Shown here: positions 47,604 through 60,777 of the stretch, one piece after another
Layout: each line of letters starts with the position of its first letter
Position numbering within the stretch: position 1 is the stretch's first letter
Assembly (NCBI GenBank): GCA_038248345.1
Contig: JBBRXO010000001.1
Location: 70,946-134,945, forward strand
Reading direction: 5' to 3'
DNA length: 64,000 nucleotides
From: Armatimonadota bacterium
GTDB taxonomy: Bacteria; Armatimonadota; Hebobacteria; CAIYQO01
The notes under the pieces: model-generated
The model's database searches: none
Told to the model about the DNA's origin: nothing
Seen by the model: only the letters and a program-made list of their open reading frames with translations
Made by a program: the position numbers and the translations under genes

Positions 47604-50600
47604 TTAACCCGCAGGCCAGGTGTGACAAACCGGAACCAAATCTACTGGCAACTTACCTTGCGCGTGTATTGATACTTCACGCATATCACCCGGCAGGAGT
47701 AGAAAAGCGTTCTCCTCCACCCGCCAATGGAAATCCCGGCGCGGATCGTCGCTCTGCGGTATGATATCACAGCCAACACAGGGGCCATCTCCGGTGTGGG
47801 TGATGCGCACAGTCCAATGAGCAGTGTCCGCCGTCTCACGCTCACAGGCAATTATCTCCAGATTCAGCTTTCCTGCCGGCAGGCGGCAAAGGGCGGCGAA
47901 GGGGTGGCGCATGGCATAGGAATCGCCGCGCGGAGTAACAGCGCCAGTAGCGGCGAATTCCAACAGGTTAACCAGCAGACGACGCGCACTTGACCAGGCA
48001 AAGAAGTCAATCTCCTGATAATTCTGCCCGCCGTATGGGCCGCAGAAAGCGGTGACACGCCCGGCACCACGTTGGCAAGTGGCAATTGCCGGACGATCAT
48101 CCACCTTGGCGATAATCTCACTCTCCGGCTTTGACTCAAAGATTATGGTGAGTCCCAATGCAGGTTTATCCTCGGCAGGGATATCCGCCCAGATCGGGTG
48201 TTCACCACATCGTTGTAATATGTGATCGCCGGTGGATGGTTCTTCGCTATTGCTATACGGCGCTACCGGGAAGGCTACTGGCAGTAACTCTTCCAGTGGG
48301 GACGCCTGCATTTCATCGACACGGAACATTCCACTCATGTAGGCCGAGCTATTATATCCGAGATATAGGAACGATGCCCCCGCTTCAACTGAATTACGCA
48401 ATGATTGCCAGCAGGCCGGGGTGAGGGACGATATCGGATTCACCACTGGGCCCAAAACGATCAAATCGTAGTTATTGAAATCAACGTCAACTAACGGTGC
48501 CCGTTGCGTGATGACGCGATGATCTATCTCGAATCCTGCCGCTGTGAAACAACTGAACCACACGGAGTCTTCGTAACAAACGCCATCCATGAATAAAGTG
48601 CGCAGCGGTTTTGCCGCCGGATCACGTGGCAAGGAGAAGAGAGTGTAGTCATTCTCGACTCCCTCGCCCACCAGGCGAAGGAAAAATGCGCCTTCATCCG
48701 GTGCAGGTACCACGATATCACCCAGATAAGTTACGAGAGATGTAGCGGATCCGGTAAACACCTGGCTGGCGAGCAGACATCCTGATGCATCAAATACGCT
48801 GGCTGTCACGCTGACTTTCTCACCATTCGGCGTGTCCGTATGCCAATGGATGCCCGCTTGCACAGGAGTGCCAGCAGCAAATAGATATCCCGATAGTCGC
48901 GCAGATACCAACTGTGGTGCGCAGGAGCGTCGCATCATCCAGAAAGAAGCCTTGCGTCGCAACGACTGATCAATCAAGCCCCAGTTAAAATCTACCCATG
49001 GTTCATTGAATTCCCAGATGTAAAAACCATTCATACATGGATGTTTGCGCCGATATTCTTCGGCCAGGTACTGATATCCGACAGCTTGCACCCATTGCGT
49101 ACGACGAAGGGCATCGGCAGCACCGGCAATATCTCCCGCGGGGCCGAACATTTCACAATATGCGCGCAGATGGTTAAAATAACCTTCGCATGGTTGACGA
49201 TGTTGCCATGCCTCACCAAAGAGATCTTCAACCTCCTCGCCAGTCATTACTTCGCGCAGACTGTCGAGGGACGGCATCGCCACAATTCCACATTCCGAGT
49301 TAAATGGCGCCTGGCTCGAGTTATAGCGTCCGGCATGCCCGATATCGAAGAACCACGGCCCATGCACCTCTGGAGTGATAGGAGAACTATCACGGAAGAG
49401 CTGGTGTGCCCCGTTCTCCGCAGTTAGACGATTCATGAGGACGAATAATGGATCCGTGCGGCGATTCGCTTTAATCTGCAGTAGCTCATTACCGCCCTGG
49501 AGGCAGATTACTGCCGGATGCGGATTAACCTGTTCTAATAACGCCCGCATCTCCTGCTCCAGGTGGCGCAGCAAAGCCAGACTCGGGGATCCATAACCGC
49601 CAAAATTTAAGAAATCATGTGCGATCATCATACCCTGTAAATCTGCCTCTTCATACAAGCTTTCATCTAAAGCCAGTCCCCCACCCCAGACGCGCAAAGT
49701 AGTCAGGTTGGCGGCACGCGCCTCCCGCACTATTTCACGTTGAAACTCCGGGCTATAATCGGAAGGGAAGAGCGTAGGAGGAAGCAGTGCACCGCCGCGG
49801 ATGAACAGTTCTTTCCCATTGATCACCTGTTTGAGTTCATAATCACCATCTGGGTATGTTGCTGGCCAGTTATGTCCTGCCTCGGCGATGTACCGGTATC
49901 CCTTATAGTAATCCTGACTATAGGGGCCATTGTTTTCATATGGATGCCAGGCCAACAGCGACGGTGCAGCAGCAGCGGGGAAAGCCGCATTAGCTTGCAT
50001 TTCCACATCACGGAATCCAGTGAGTACCCATGTACACACCCCGCCAACGGTGGCGGATAGCCGATAGCAGGAGGGGAATCCCTGATGAAATGGCTGCCAG
50101 CGTTGCACGGGAATGTCAGTGAAGGGTATACATACTTCACCAACACCTGCGGGAGCATCAACAGACAACGATGTTGTCTCGCCTGCAAAATTCTCCGGCA
50201 CTAGCGCAAGCTGATACGATGCGGCACCCCAGGCAGGTACTGCCAGGCGAAGGCATACCCTGCCACTGACATTATCACCTTCTAGGGTGTACGCAATGTG
50301 CATTGACCGTACCATAGTATCACGTGCGATAATAATCTCGGGGGCGATCGAAATGCCGCAATTAACGAGGAACGGGTTATGATCACCACCGAAACTGCAA
50401 CACGATTTCGACACCAGAGGATTCTGTTTTGCTGGTGCCTCAAACTTAAACGGCGTTATGGTCGGATAAAGAGCTGACTCCGTAGCGCCAGGTACGGTAT
50501 CCTCCGGCAAACAACAACGTAAATGCAGTACCAGCGGACCATCACCATCAGGTAAAGGAAAAAGGTACTCCTGATTTAAACTTTCTACCGTACCAAGGCA

Positions 50601-50906
50601 TGTCGATCCCCACCAGATTGAGCCAATCCCATCAACTCCACGAAGACGCAAAAAGGCGCGTTCACCAGCATGTAAAGCTGGGACTTTCACCGGAACAGCA
50701 AATTCCCATTCGCGAGTGATTACCATATCGGAGAGGCGACTGTTTCGCGACAAACGGGGGTCTGGTGCGTATCCTCGTAAGAAAGTAACCTGGCGCACGT
50801 CCATCGGCAGCGAGACCGCTGTGGGGCCATCCCAGACAGCATCATCAGTAAGACGTGCGCGCACAGTCCAGTTATCGTCGAGTATGATAGGATCGTTGTA
50901 ATGCAT
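47604..50906 (-). CDS. GH2 beta-mannosidase-like protein with a C-terminal GATase1-like domain
   Basis: LRGVD, INGKELFIRG, LRVWGGG, GGNE, NSECG, WEFNEPW; C-terminal YDLIVL, SPLEELLP, GAGRV. Confidence 0.82.
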   Translation of the reverse strand: MHYNDPIILDDNWTVRARLTDDAVWDGPTAVSLPMDVRQVTFLRGYAPDPRLSRNSRLSDMVITREWEFAVPVKVPALHAGERAFLRLRGVDGIGSIWWGSTCLGTVESLNQEYLFPLPDGDGPLVLHLRCCLPEDTVPGATESALYPTITPFKFEAPAKQNPLVSKSCCSFGGDHNPFLVNCGISIAPEIIIARDTMVRSMHIAYTLEGDNVSGRVCLRLAVPAWGAASYQLALVPENFAGETTSLSVDAPAGVGEVCIPFTDIPVQRWQPFHQGFPSCYRLSATVGGVCTWVLTGFRDVEMQANAAFPAAAAPSLLAWHPYENNGPYSQDYYKGYRYIAEAGHNWPATYPDGDYELKQVINGKELFIRGGALLPPTLFPSDYSPEFQREIVREARAANLTTLRVWGGGLALDESLYEEADLQGMMIAHDFLNFGGYGSPSLALLRHLEQEMRALLEQVNPHPAVICLQGGNELLQIKANRRTDPLFVLMNRLTAENGAHQLFRDSSPITPEVHGPWFFDIGHAGRYNSSQAPFNSECGIVAMPSLDSLREVMTGEEVEDLFGEAWQHRQPCEGYFNHLRAYCEMFGPAGDIAGAADALRRTQWVQAVGYQYLAEEYRRKHPCMNGFYIWEFNEPWVDFNWGLIDQSLRRKASFWMMRRSCAPQLVSARLSGYLFAAGTPVQAGIHWHTDTPNGEKVSVTASVFDASGCLLASQVFTGSATSLVTYLGDIVVPAPDEGAFFLRLVGEGVENDYTLFSLPRDPAAKPLRTLFMDGVCYEDSVWFSCFTAAGFEIDHRVITQRAPLVDVDFNNYDLIVLGPVVNPISSLTPACWQSLRNSVEAGASFLYLGYNSSAYMSGMFRVDEMQASPLEELLPVAFPVAPYSNSEEPSTGDHILQRCGEHPIWADIPAEDKPALGLTIIFESKPESEIIAKVDDRPAIATCQRGAGRVTAFCGPYGGQNYQEIDFFAWSSARRLLVNLLEFAATGAVTPRGDSYAMRHPFAALCRLPAGKLNLEIIACERETADTAHWTVRITHTGDGPCVGCDIIPQSDDPRRDFHWRVEENAFLLLPGDMREVSIHAQGKLPVDLVPVCHTWPAG

Positions 50907-51991
50907 TAAATTGATTTCTCCCGGAGCCGGTCGGTGTAGTAGCGTATCAGATCAAATTTAGCATCCGGTGGGATGCGATGGTCAGGGCAAGGAATGAATC
51001 CGCCACCTGCGACGAGCTCCAGCAGGCGGTCTATCTCGGCATCAATGGCGGCACGATCTATAGCGAAGATGTTTTTGTCCATCCCGCCGACACCGCGTAT
51101 TGCCTTACCGTATTTTTCACGCCAGGGAGCTATGGAGGCTTCCCAGGTGCCTACCTCGATGGGGAACATGGTGTTTACCCCATTATCCAGCCATGTCGGT
51201 ATCAAAGAATCGATCATCCCGTCGCAGTCCAAGGAGATTATTTCAATTCCATGGTTCACCAGCAGTTCCGAAATCCGTTTATACTGCGGGCCGAACTTCT
51301 CTGCAAAGACGCGCGGGGAAACCAATGGGCCATTTTTGTAGCAGATATCTTCCCAGTAATGCGCGTAATCGAAGACCGCGCCAGTCGCCAGGGTTTCTTC
51401 CGCACAGCGGTAGCACAATGCACCGAAGGTTTCGACGATCTCATCAAACAGCTCATCATCGTCCGCTTGCAGATAGGCCAAACCGGGCACGCCGGTGAAA
51501 TTACGAAGCGTACCGCAAAGACTGCCAATATGCAAACCGCGGATACTCACCCCGTCATCTGCCGGTATCGCCGCCAACCGCTCGGGAGAATATTGCATGC
51601 GGGGCAGGTAGTGCTCTTCCCAGGATTCGCGATCTGTGAGAAGGTGGCCGATCTCCATGGGGATCGTCGCGCCCAAGGTCGGGTTCACCATCACGGTGAC
51701 CCCACTGCCGTCCCGCATTATCTGCGAACCGTCTTCGCGAGTCTCCAGCACTTCTTCCGTAAAACCGGGCAGTAAGCCAGAGTTCGGGCTGACGGTTGGA
51801 TTCCACTCGCAATCGAACCCCAGTTTCGTTATCGCCGCCTCGCTGGCATAATTGGCGACTTCCGCGGCGGTTAAATGCCCTTCCGCTTCCCACTTCTCCA
51901 AAGTCTCACCCCAAAAACCGAAGTGAATGATGGGTAAGGTGTCGTAGGGTTTATCGGTCAAACAAGCGACAATGTTTTCTCGAAGTGTCAT
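50906..51991 (-). CDS. uroporphyrinogen decarboxylase / MtaA-CmuA-like family protein
   Basis: WEDICYKNGPLVSP, DCDG, FPIEV, GGMDK, GGFIPCPDHRIPPD. Confidence 0.85.
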   Translation of the reverse strand: MTLRENIVACLTDKPYDTLPIIHFGFWGETLEKWEAEGHLTAAEVANYASEAAITKLGFDCEWNPTVSPNSGLLPGFTEEVLETREDGSQIMRDGSGVTVMVNPTLGATIPMEIGHLLTDRESWEEHYLPRMQYSPERLAAIPADDGVSIRGLHIGSLCGTLRNFTGVPGLAYLQADDDELFDEIVETFGALCYRCAEETLATGAVFDYAHYWEDICYKNGPLVSPRVFAEKFGPQYKRISELLVNHGIEIISLDCDGMIDSLIPTWLDNGVNTMFPIEVGTWEASIAPWREKYGKAIRGVGGMDKNIFAIDRAAIDAEIDRLLELVAGGGFIPCPDHRIPPDAKFDLIRYYTDRLREKSI

Positions 51992-52091
51992 AATTATAAG
52001 CTCCTAAACATATTCTACACATAAGCATAATGAGATAACTGCGTCTTGTGCAATTATCTCATTATGAATATCCGCACAGATGGTAACATAT

Positions 52092-53261
52092 TTACTTTAC
52101 CGGCGCAATCACCTCAGGCGTTGGCGCTTTCACTTTCGTAGCTGCAATAACCTTTGCCGCTACATTGGCCATCTCTTTGTAACCTTTGTCATTAGGGTGG
52201 ATCCAGTCGCTCTGGCAGTCCGCTTTCATCGTACCAGGTTTTGCCGGATCATCAAGGGTAGCATCAAAGTCGATAACGCCATCAGCGCCAGACTTAGTCC
52301 GAATCCAACTGTTTATTTCATTTCGCACTATTTCTTTCGCTGGATCAGCGTCGAAATCTTTATAGCCCTTGGAGGGGGTGATAGTACCGATAAATACCTT
52401 CATCTTCTTATCACGACACCCATCAATAACCTGGCGAGCGCATTGTACATACCTCTCCAAATTAAACTGCTTATCGCCAATAATGTCGTTGATGCCCATG
52501 AGGAATACGACTGTATCTATACCTTTAAGATCAGAAACTATGCTAGGCACGCCACCAGCCTGAATAATTCTATCTCCATTAACACCCAGGTTGAGGATTG
52601 GACGTTTGAGCTGTTTCCCGAGCATCTCTGGATAAGTGGCCCCGATGTTAGCAGTAGCTCCTGCGCCGTGGGTGATTGAATCGCCGTAGCAAAGCACGAT
52701 TGGTTCTTTGTCAGTTGTGAAGACATCAATACGTCTGGTGATACCCAATCTCGCCCCGGTTACCTTGTCTTTCAGTGTCGCTTTGGTGAAGTTATCACCA
52801 GCCTCACAATACTCATTATCTACATTGTAAGCATAAGGAAATTTCTGGCTGGTGTAGCGATCTTGCAGATACCACGTCCCGGCCTTTACAGGTACGTCGA
52901 TTTCATCGGAAGTAACCTCTTTGAGTCCTACTTCTAATTTCAAGCCCGGTTTTCCGGCGAAAAGAATCGGATATTGCGCGCCGGTCAGTTTTACCCCGTC
53001 ATCAATAGCAGAGGTGAGCGTCATTTTATCTAACTCAGTCACCGCATCCCAGCATCCAGCGGTAAAAATACGCACCTTGGTGCCATTACACGGCATTTGC
53101 AAACGCAACCGGAGCGTAGCGCCGACTCCACTGGCCCAACCAGCATCATAATTCCCCACAAAACCGCGTTTTACATACACAGTTTTCCAGGCCCCATCCT
53201 CGGCATGCGCCATCATCGCACAAAGCGATAGCGCCACTACTACCAGTAAAGCATACTTCAT
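52092..53261 (-). CDS. secreted SGNH/GDSL hydrolase
   Basis: Signal peptide; YGDSITHG, NLGVNG, GIND, DFD, DWIHPN. Confidence 0.88.
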   Translation of the reverse strand: MKYALLVVVALSLCAMMAHAEDGAWKTVYVKRGFVGNYDAGWASGVGATLRLRLQMPCNGTKVRIFTAGCWDAVTELDKMTLTSAIDDGVKLTGAQYPILFAGKPGLKLEVGLKEVTSDEIDVPVKAGTWYLQDRYTSQKFPYAYNVDNEYCEAGDNFTKATLKDKVTGARLGITRRIDVFTTDKEPIVLCYGDSITHGAGATANIGATYPEMLGKQLKRPILNLGVNGDRIIQAGGVPSIVSDLKGIDTVVFLMGINDIIGDKQFNLERYVQCARQVIDGCRDKKMKVFIGTITPSKGYKDFDADPAKEIVRNEINSWIRTKSGADGVIDFDATLDDPAKPGTMKADCQSDWIHPNDKGYKEMANVAAKVIAATKVKAPTPEVIAPVK

Positions 53262-53514
53262 CATCACCCTCCACAAACTGATAAATTTCTCTCTCACTAA
53301 CCATTCTACTACTCTATTATACCGTATCCATGGTACTCAGTGTATTCATATTTCGATGGTGAAACACTCCCATCGGCTGAGATTTTCGATGATCCAATCA
53401 ACCGTTAGCGCGCTCCAGGTGGGTACCCTTTCCGACATTCACCGCTAGCTGTTTCATCACCCACAAAAACGGGTATACTATTACTATTGGCTTAGGCGCC
53501 AATGGAGGATAGTT

Positions 53515-54159
53515 ATGACTAATAACACTTTTGGGGCCTGGGTGGGTAGATTCTGGCGCAATTCGTTGCTCGTTGCTGTGCCGGTACTACTTATCTGGGG
53601 ACTAGTGGGTACCTCGCTGGGACGGAATTTGCTGCAGTCGTGGCTGTTTGCCCGCACTAATATGGTTAGCTCCACCCCGATTATCGTGACAAAATTGCAG
53701 GCGCTGAATCGGCTGGAGACGGCCTCGCAGGTCAGCTCTTCGGTGGTGACCTCCAGCGCCGACCGCGCACATCTGCCGGGATTTCTCGGGCAGGATCGGG
53801 TGCTGATGCAAATCCAGACGGAGACGATAGCCGGTATCGACATGGCGCGATTGACAGCGGATGATGTAGTGGTGCAGGGGAAGGGCGTCACCGTGCGCGT
53901 GCCCGCCCCGGAGCTGTTCTCCGTGCGCATCGACGACGAGAACTCAAAGGTCTTCTCGCGTGAGCGCGGGTGGCTGGTCTGTACCCCGGACATCAACCTG
54001 GAAAGCCAGGCGCGGCTGAAAGTGCTGGCGGACACCCGCGCGACGGGCAAAACCTACCTGCTCCCCACCGCACGCACCAACGCCGAGACCAACCTGCGCC
54101 AGCTGCTGACAACGGTCGGCTTCGAGACTGTCAATATCAACTGGGCTGACCAAGTGTAA
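53515..54159 (+). CDS. DUF4230 domain membrane protein
   Basis: GGAGG RBS; TM helix; LNRLET, AGIDM, VPAPE, ARTNAE. Confidence 0.8.
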   Translation: MTNNTFGAWVGRFWRNSLLVAVPVLLIWGLVGTSLGRNLLQSWLFARTNMVSSTPIIVTKLQALNRLETASQVSSSVVTSSADRAHLPGFLGQDRVLMQIQTETIAGIDMARLTADDVVVQGKGVTVRVPAPELFSVRIDDENSKVFSRERGWLVCTPDINLESQARLKVLADTRATGKTYLLPTARTNAETNLRQLLTTVGFETVNINWADQV

Positions 54160-54191
54160 GACGATTGACCATTATTCGCGAATTCAAAGAC

Positions 54192-54234
54192 AACAGGGAT
54201 ACCAAAGGAATTAAATTCCCTCGGCATCCCTGTT
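54192..54234 (+). terminator. stem-loop after the DUF4230 gene
   Basis: AACAGGGATACC...GGCATCCCTGTT. Confidence 0.55.
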
Positions 54235-54459
54235 CTTCTGTTAAATTATCCGGCGTTTTTTGTCTTTATATCCCGATGCAGATGCCCGAAACACCTGGCA
54301 CCGTCACAAGTCCAACGATAAATGCTATCTTGTTATCGAATGGTTGTAAAAACTATAACGATCAGGCAATGTCGCGCTAACAAAACGATGCTCCCAAGCT
54401 TTAATTATTCTAAGAAATAAGCCTGATAACCTGATTTACGGCAGCAGGGCAGAATTGCT

Positions 54460-55623
54460 TCAGTAACGGTACGTCGCGGCCACTCCTGTCTGTGTCGGCA
54501 TCATATCGGATGCAACGACAAAGACCTGACCGCTCATCTTTACCACTAATTCGCTAAGGTCATCAAGCAGGTCATCAACTAACGGGTTGCTCAAGTCCCC
54601 GAATTTGATAAACCCACTCTCGTTATTGAGACGGCCGGCAATCAGGCGATCTGCATCGATCAGCAGCCGTGCGACACGCCCGGCGGCGGCCGCTTTGGCT
54701 ACCTGCTCGATATCGTCACTGCCCAGTTCATGCGAGTTAGCTTGCGCGAACTCATCGGCCAATGACGCCAGCCGTGCCTGGTACTGGGGTTCGATAACTA
54801 GCCAGGCGCGCTCTCGGAGTTCATCGATTGACAGGCTATCGGGATTGACATTAATCCCTTCATTCATCAGCGCAGGATTATGACTGACTTGATGAAAGAC
54901 GGCGTGGTGCTGCGGCAGCGCCGCCAATATCAAGGGCAGACCCGAGGGGCGGGAATGGTGCTCCAGTACCGCGCGGTCGACAGCGCGGAAGAATCGTTCC
55001 GCATCAATGTCCGCTTGATCCTTTTTCCCACCGTCTCCATGGTGCATCGGCGCGCTTCCCGCGCCGATACCGCCGTAGGAGGAGACGGTGTCGTGCTTCT
55101 CAGAAAGCTCATCGCCCAGCGCATCCTCGATGGTGCGCGGGACGCCCGGTGCCAGTTCAATCTCGTCGAGAGCGTCACGATTACCCTCAAATAGACGAAT
55201 CTCGTGCTGGTTCAATCCGAGAACCTGGAAGCGGTCGACCGACTGCAGTAAACGCCGCAAGGGTTTGGTGTGAAAACTGTCGGCCACGATGGCTATTTCG
55301 TCGACCGAACGTTGAAGCGCGAAAACCTGAAACAGGCCTTGCTCGCCCAGCACAGCGATACCATCCATGGTGTGGTTCCAGAAGTCAATATCGCGCCCGA
55401 GATCCTCAAACGGTTTCAGTAGCTGCCGATAATCTGCTTCCGGATACAATTGCTGCAACGAGATCTCCATCTCCCGCACCATATTGCGAAACCGGATTGG
55501 ATCCTGCTCATTCTCGGGATGGTGCCGGTGAGTCGGCTGGTAGAGCGACAGGCACGGTGCCTGCTGATCGGAAAGAAAAACGGAGGGTAATCCGTTAGTA
55601 ATCATTGTCATTTTCTGTGTCAT
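54460..55623 (-). CDS. bacterial archaeo-eukaryotic release factor-like protein (baeRF3-like)
   Basis: CLSLYQPTHR, DPIRF, FW, VADSFH-KPL, FFRAVD, PLILA, GRV, DDL, AATYRY; GGAGG RBS. Confidence 0.75.
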   Translation of the reverse strand: MTQKMTMITNGLPSVFLSDQQAPCLSLYQPTHRHHPENEQDPIRFRNMVREMEISLQQLYPEADYRQLLKPFEDLGRDIDFWNHTMDGIAVLGEQGLFQVFALQRSVDEIAIVADSFHTKPLRRLLQSVDRFQVLGLNQHEIRLFEGNRDALDEIELAPGVPRTIEDALGDELSEKHDTVSSYGGIGAGSAPMHHGDGGKKDQADIDAERFFRAVDRAVLEHHSRPSGLPLILAALPQHHAVFHQVSHNPALMNEGINVNPDSLSIDELRERAWLVIEPQYQARLASLADEFAQANSHELGSDDIEQVAKAAAAGRVARLLIDADRLIAGRLNNESGFIKFGDLSNPLVDDLLDDLSELVVKMSGQVFVVASDMMPTQTGVAATYRY

Positions 55624-55939
55624 TTTTACCTCCTCGGTAATGTCGGCGGCCCCTGACCAACCCCACAAAATCCATTTTCAATTGTGGGAATCCGTTCCCA
55701 GAGAAACAGCAACTGCAGGAGTAAAAGTCGGCAAATCCGACCATTACTGTCTCATCTCATACTTATCAATGTATCATCAAATCCTAGAATCCGCAATAAT
55801 CTGGTTCGTACAATTGATGATTTTTTTTGGATTCTCTATGCTGTGTTAAGATTTGTAGTATTTTTCATACAAACAGTTCGAGGTAATGAGAGGTATGAGG
55901 TCATTGGGCATATTTATGTATCTGTTCATACTTATCAGT

Positions 55940-55960
55940 ACCTGGGGCGTTGCCCCAGGT
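55940..55960. repeat. REP-like palindrome ACCTGGGGCGTTGCCCCAGGT
   Basis: Perfect 9-bp stem in intergenic DNA. Confidence 0.6.
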
Positions 55961-56005
55961 CTGGTTATAAGGAGGTTTCGCAATAACCTCAACTACTCTG
56001 AACAG

Positions 56006-57256
56006 TTACCCGCGCACATTCCCTATTGAATTGCGCGGGTTGAACTCGACGGGGAGCATCTCTGTTGTTCGCGGTAACTCCCGGTTAACGACGTGGCGGA
56101 CGACGAGGTGTGCGGCTTCCGCGCCGATCTGCCGCAAGGGAACATGAATGCTACTTAGTTGATTCTGGTGCATTTCGTCAAACATTGGATCAGAATCGTC
56201 GAACCCAACCAAGCTATAATCTTCTGGTACCTTATACCCAGCCATGCTCAGCGCCCGCCAGGCATGTAGCGCATTTGCGTCATTGACGCCAAATATTGCG
56301 GTAATCTCTGGATGTTCATGGAGAAAATCGATGAATATTTGTTGTTCTTCGTCCAGTTCTCCTGGCATGTTCAAATCGGTAATCGTCTGCGGAGCTGACG
56401 CCGGGTTATTCCACCTCCATATATGGGGAAAGTAAATCAAGTGCTGCTCTAGCGGCAATTGTGCCTCCATCAAAGCACATTTTACACCTTCAGTACGAGC
56501 AATAAGTTCACCAGGAAAGCTCCCATCTTCTGGAGGAAATGTCGATTGGCAAAAATATCGGTGCCCCAATGATAGTAAGTGTTTGGTGGCAACATAGCTC
56601 CCATGCTTATCATCGCTACAAACAAGGCTATCAACTTCTTGATCATTGATCAAGCGAACGATGGGATTGGAAGAGAAACCGGGATTAGCTCGCAAACGCT
56701 CTGATAGCTCTTTCTCTACTGCATGGCCGTAAATTACCCCGTCCACATCACCTCGTGAGAAGATAGACCACAATGGACTGGAAGGAGAGGCTGCAATAAA
56801 ACCGGGGGTGTGCAAAGTGAGCAAACCGTACTCCTCCTCCATCAAGCCATCTAGAACACCGTGAAAGAGAATATTATGATAATAGCTCGTTTCATTTGGC
56901 ACCACCGCCAGGAAGAGCGCGATAATATTGCTGACGGGGCGCTTTCCTTGCTTCAACAGTGAAAGCCGTCGTGCACTTTCATTGGCGCCAGCCTGATATC
57001 CCAGGGTATCTACGGCTTTCAAAATAATGGCTCGTGTTGCTTCCGAAATGGGAGGTTTTCCGCGTAACGCGAGTGACACAGCACACTTGCTGACCCCACA
57101 ATAATTCGCAATATCCTGTAACGTGACATGCTTGTCTTTCGCAGGCAATTGGGGGTTAACCGGGAGCTTCCTACCTGTTAGCGTAACATTATTGTCTTTC
57201 GCAGGCAATTTCGGTTTTACCGGAGTATTCTTAACTGTTTTTAATTTTCGAGCCAT
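56006..57256 (-). CDS. LacI-family transcriptional regulator
   Basis: VTLQDIANYCGVSKCAVSLAL, HLLSLGHR, ITAIFGVND, VPEDYSLVGFDD. Confidence 0.93.
   Translation of the reverse strand: MARKLKTVKNTPVKPKLPAKDNNVTLTGRKLPVNPQLPAKDKHVTLQDIANYCGVSKCAVSLALRGKPPISEATRAIILKAVDTLGYQAGANESARRLSLLKQGKRPVSNIIALFLAVVPNETSYYHNILFHGVLDGLMEEEYGLLTLHTPGFIAASPSSPLWSIFSRGDVDGVIYGHAVEKELSERLRANPGFSSNPIVRLINDQEVDSLVCSDDKHGSYVATKHLLSLGHRYFCQSTFPPEDGSFPGELIARTEGVKCALMEAQLPLEQHLIYFPHIWRWNNPASAPQTITDLNMPGELDEEQQIFIDFLHEHPEITAIFGVNDANALHAWRALSMAGYKVPEDYSLVGFDDSDPMFDEMHQNQLSSIHVPLRQIGAEAAHLVVRHVVNRELPRTTEMLPVEFNPRNSIGNVRG
57121..57240. repeat. 60-bp tandem duplication in the LacI N-terminus
   Basis: 45/60 identity between units; identical core TTGTCTTTCGCAGGCAATT. 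Confidence 0.9.
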
Positions 57257-57274
57257 AACATCTAACACTTTCTA

Positions 57275-57321
57275 CTACAAACGTTAGATAACAGATTAAC
57301 AAGTACTCAATAAAATGTCAA
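57275..57321 (-). promoter_or_regulatory. sigma70 promoter TTGACA-N17-TAATCT with an AACGTT-centred LacI-type operator just downstream
   Basis: -35 at 57316-57321, -10 at 57293-57298; TCTAACGTTTGTA lies near the predicted TSS. Confidence 0.6.
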
Positions 57322-57382
57322 GTCCTTAATCAATATTTAACTTACGCTGGAGCGGATCACCACAATCCGCCCCAGCTTTTAG

Positions 57383-60646
<3,264 letters not shown>

Positions 60647-60648
60647 CT

Positions 60649-60741
60649 ATCGTAGCATGGGCATCCCCGCCCATGAGAATTGCGTTCAAAGCAACTCTCA
60701 TTGTATGCCCGTTCTCATGGGCGAGACGCCCATGCCACGAT
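60649..60741. mobile_element. REPIN/MITE-like element, copy C (short interior)
   Basis: ATCGTAGCATGGGCATCCCCGCCCATGAGAA...TTCTCATGGGCGAGACGCCCATGCCACGAT. Confidence 0.8.
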
Positions 60742-60777
60742 AAGCTCATACCATGCTGCCTTTCAATGTATAGAAAA

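Noticed and set aside
55640..55990. Small ORFs and GCAATAA direct repeats in the AT-rich gap
   Set aside because: No RBS or protein-like features; repeats too short to call an element
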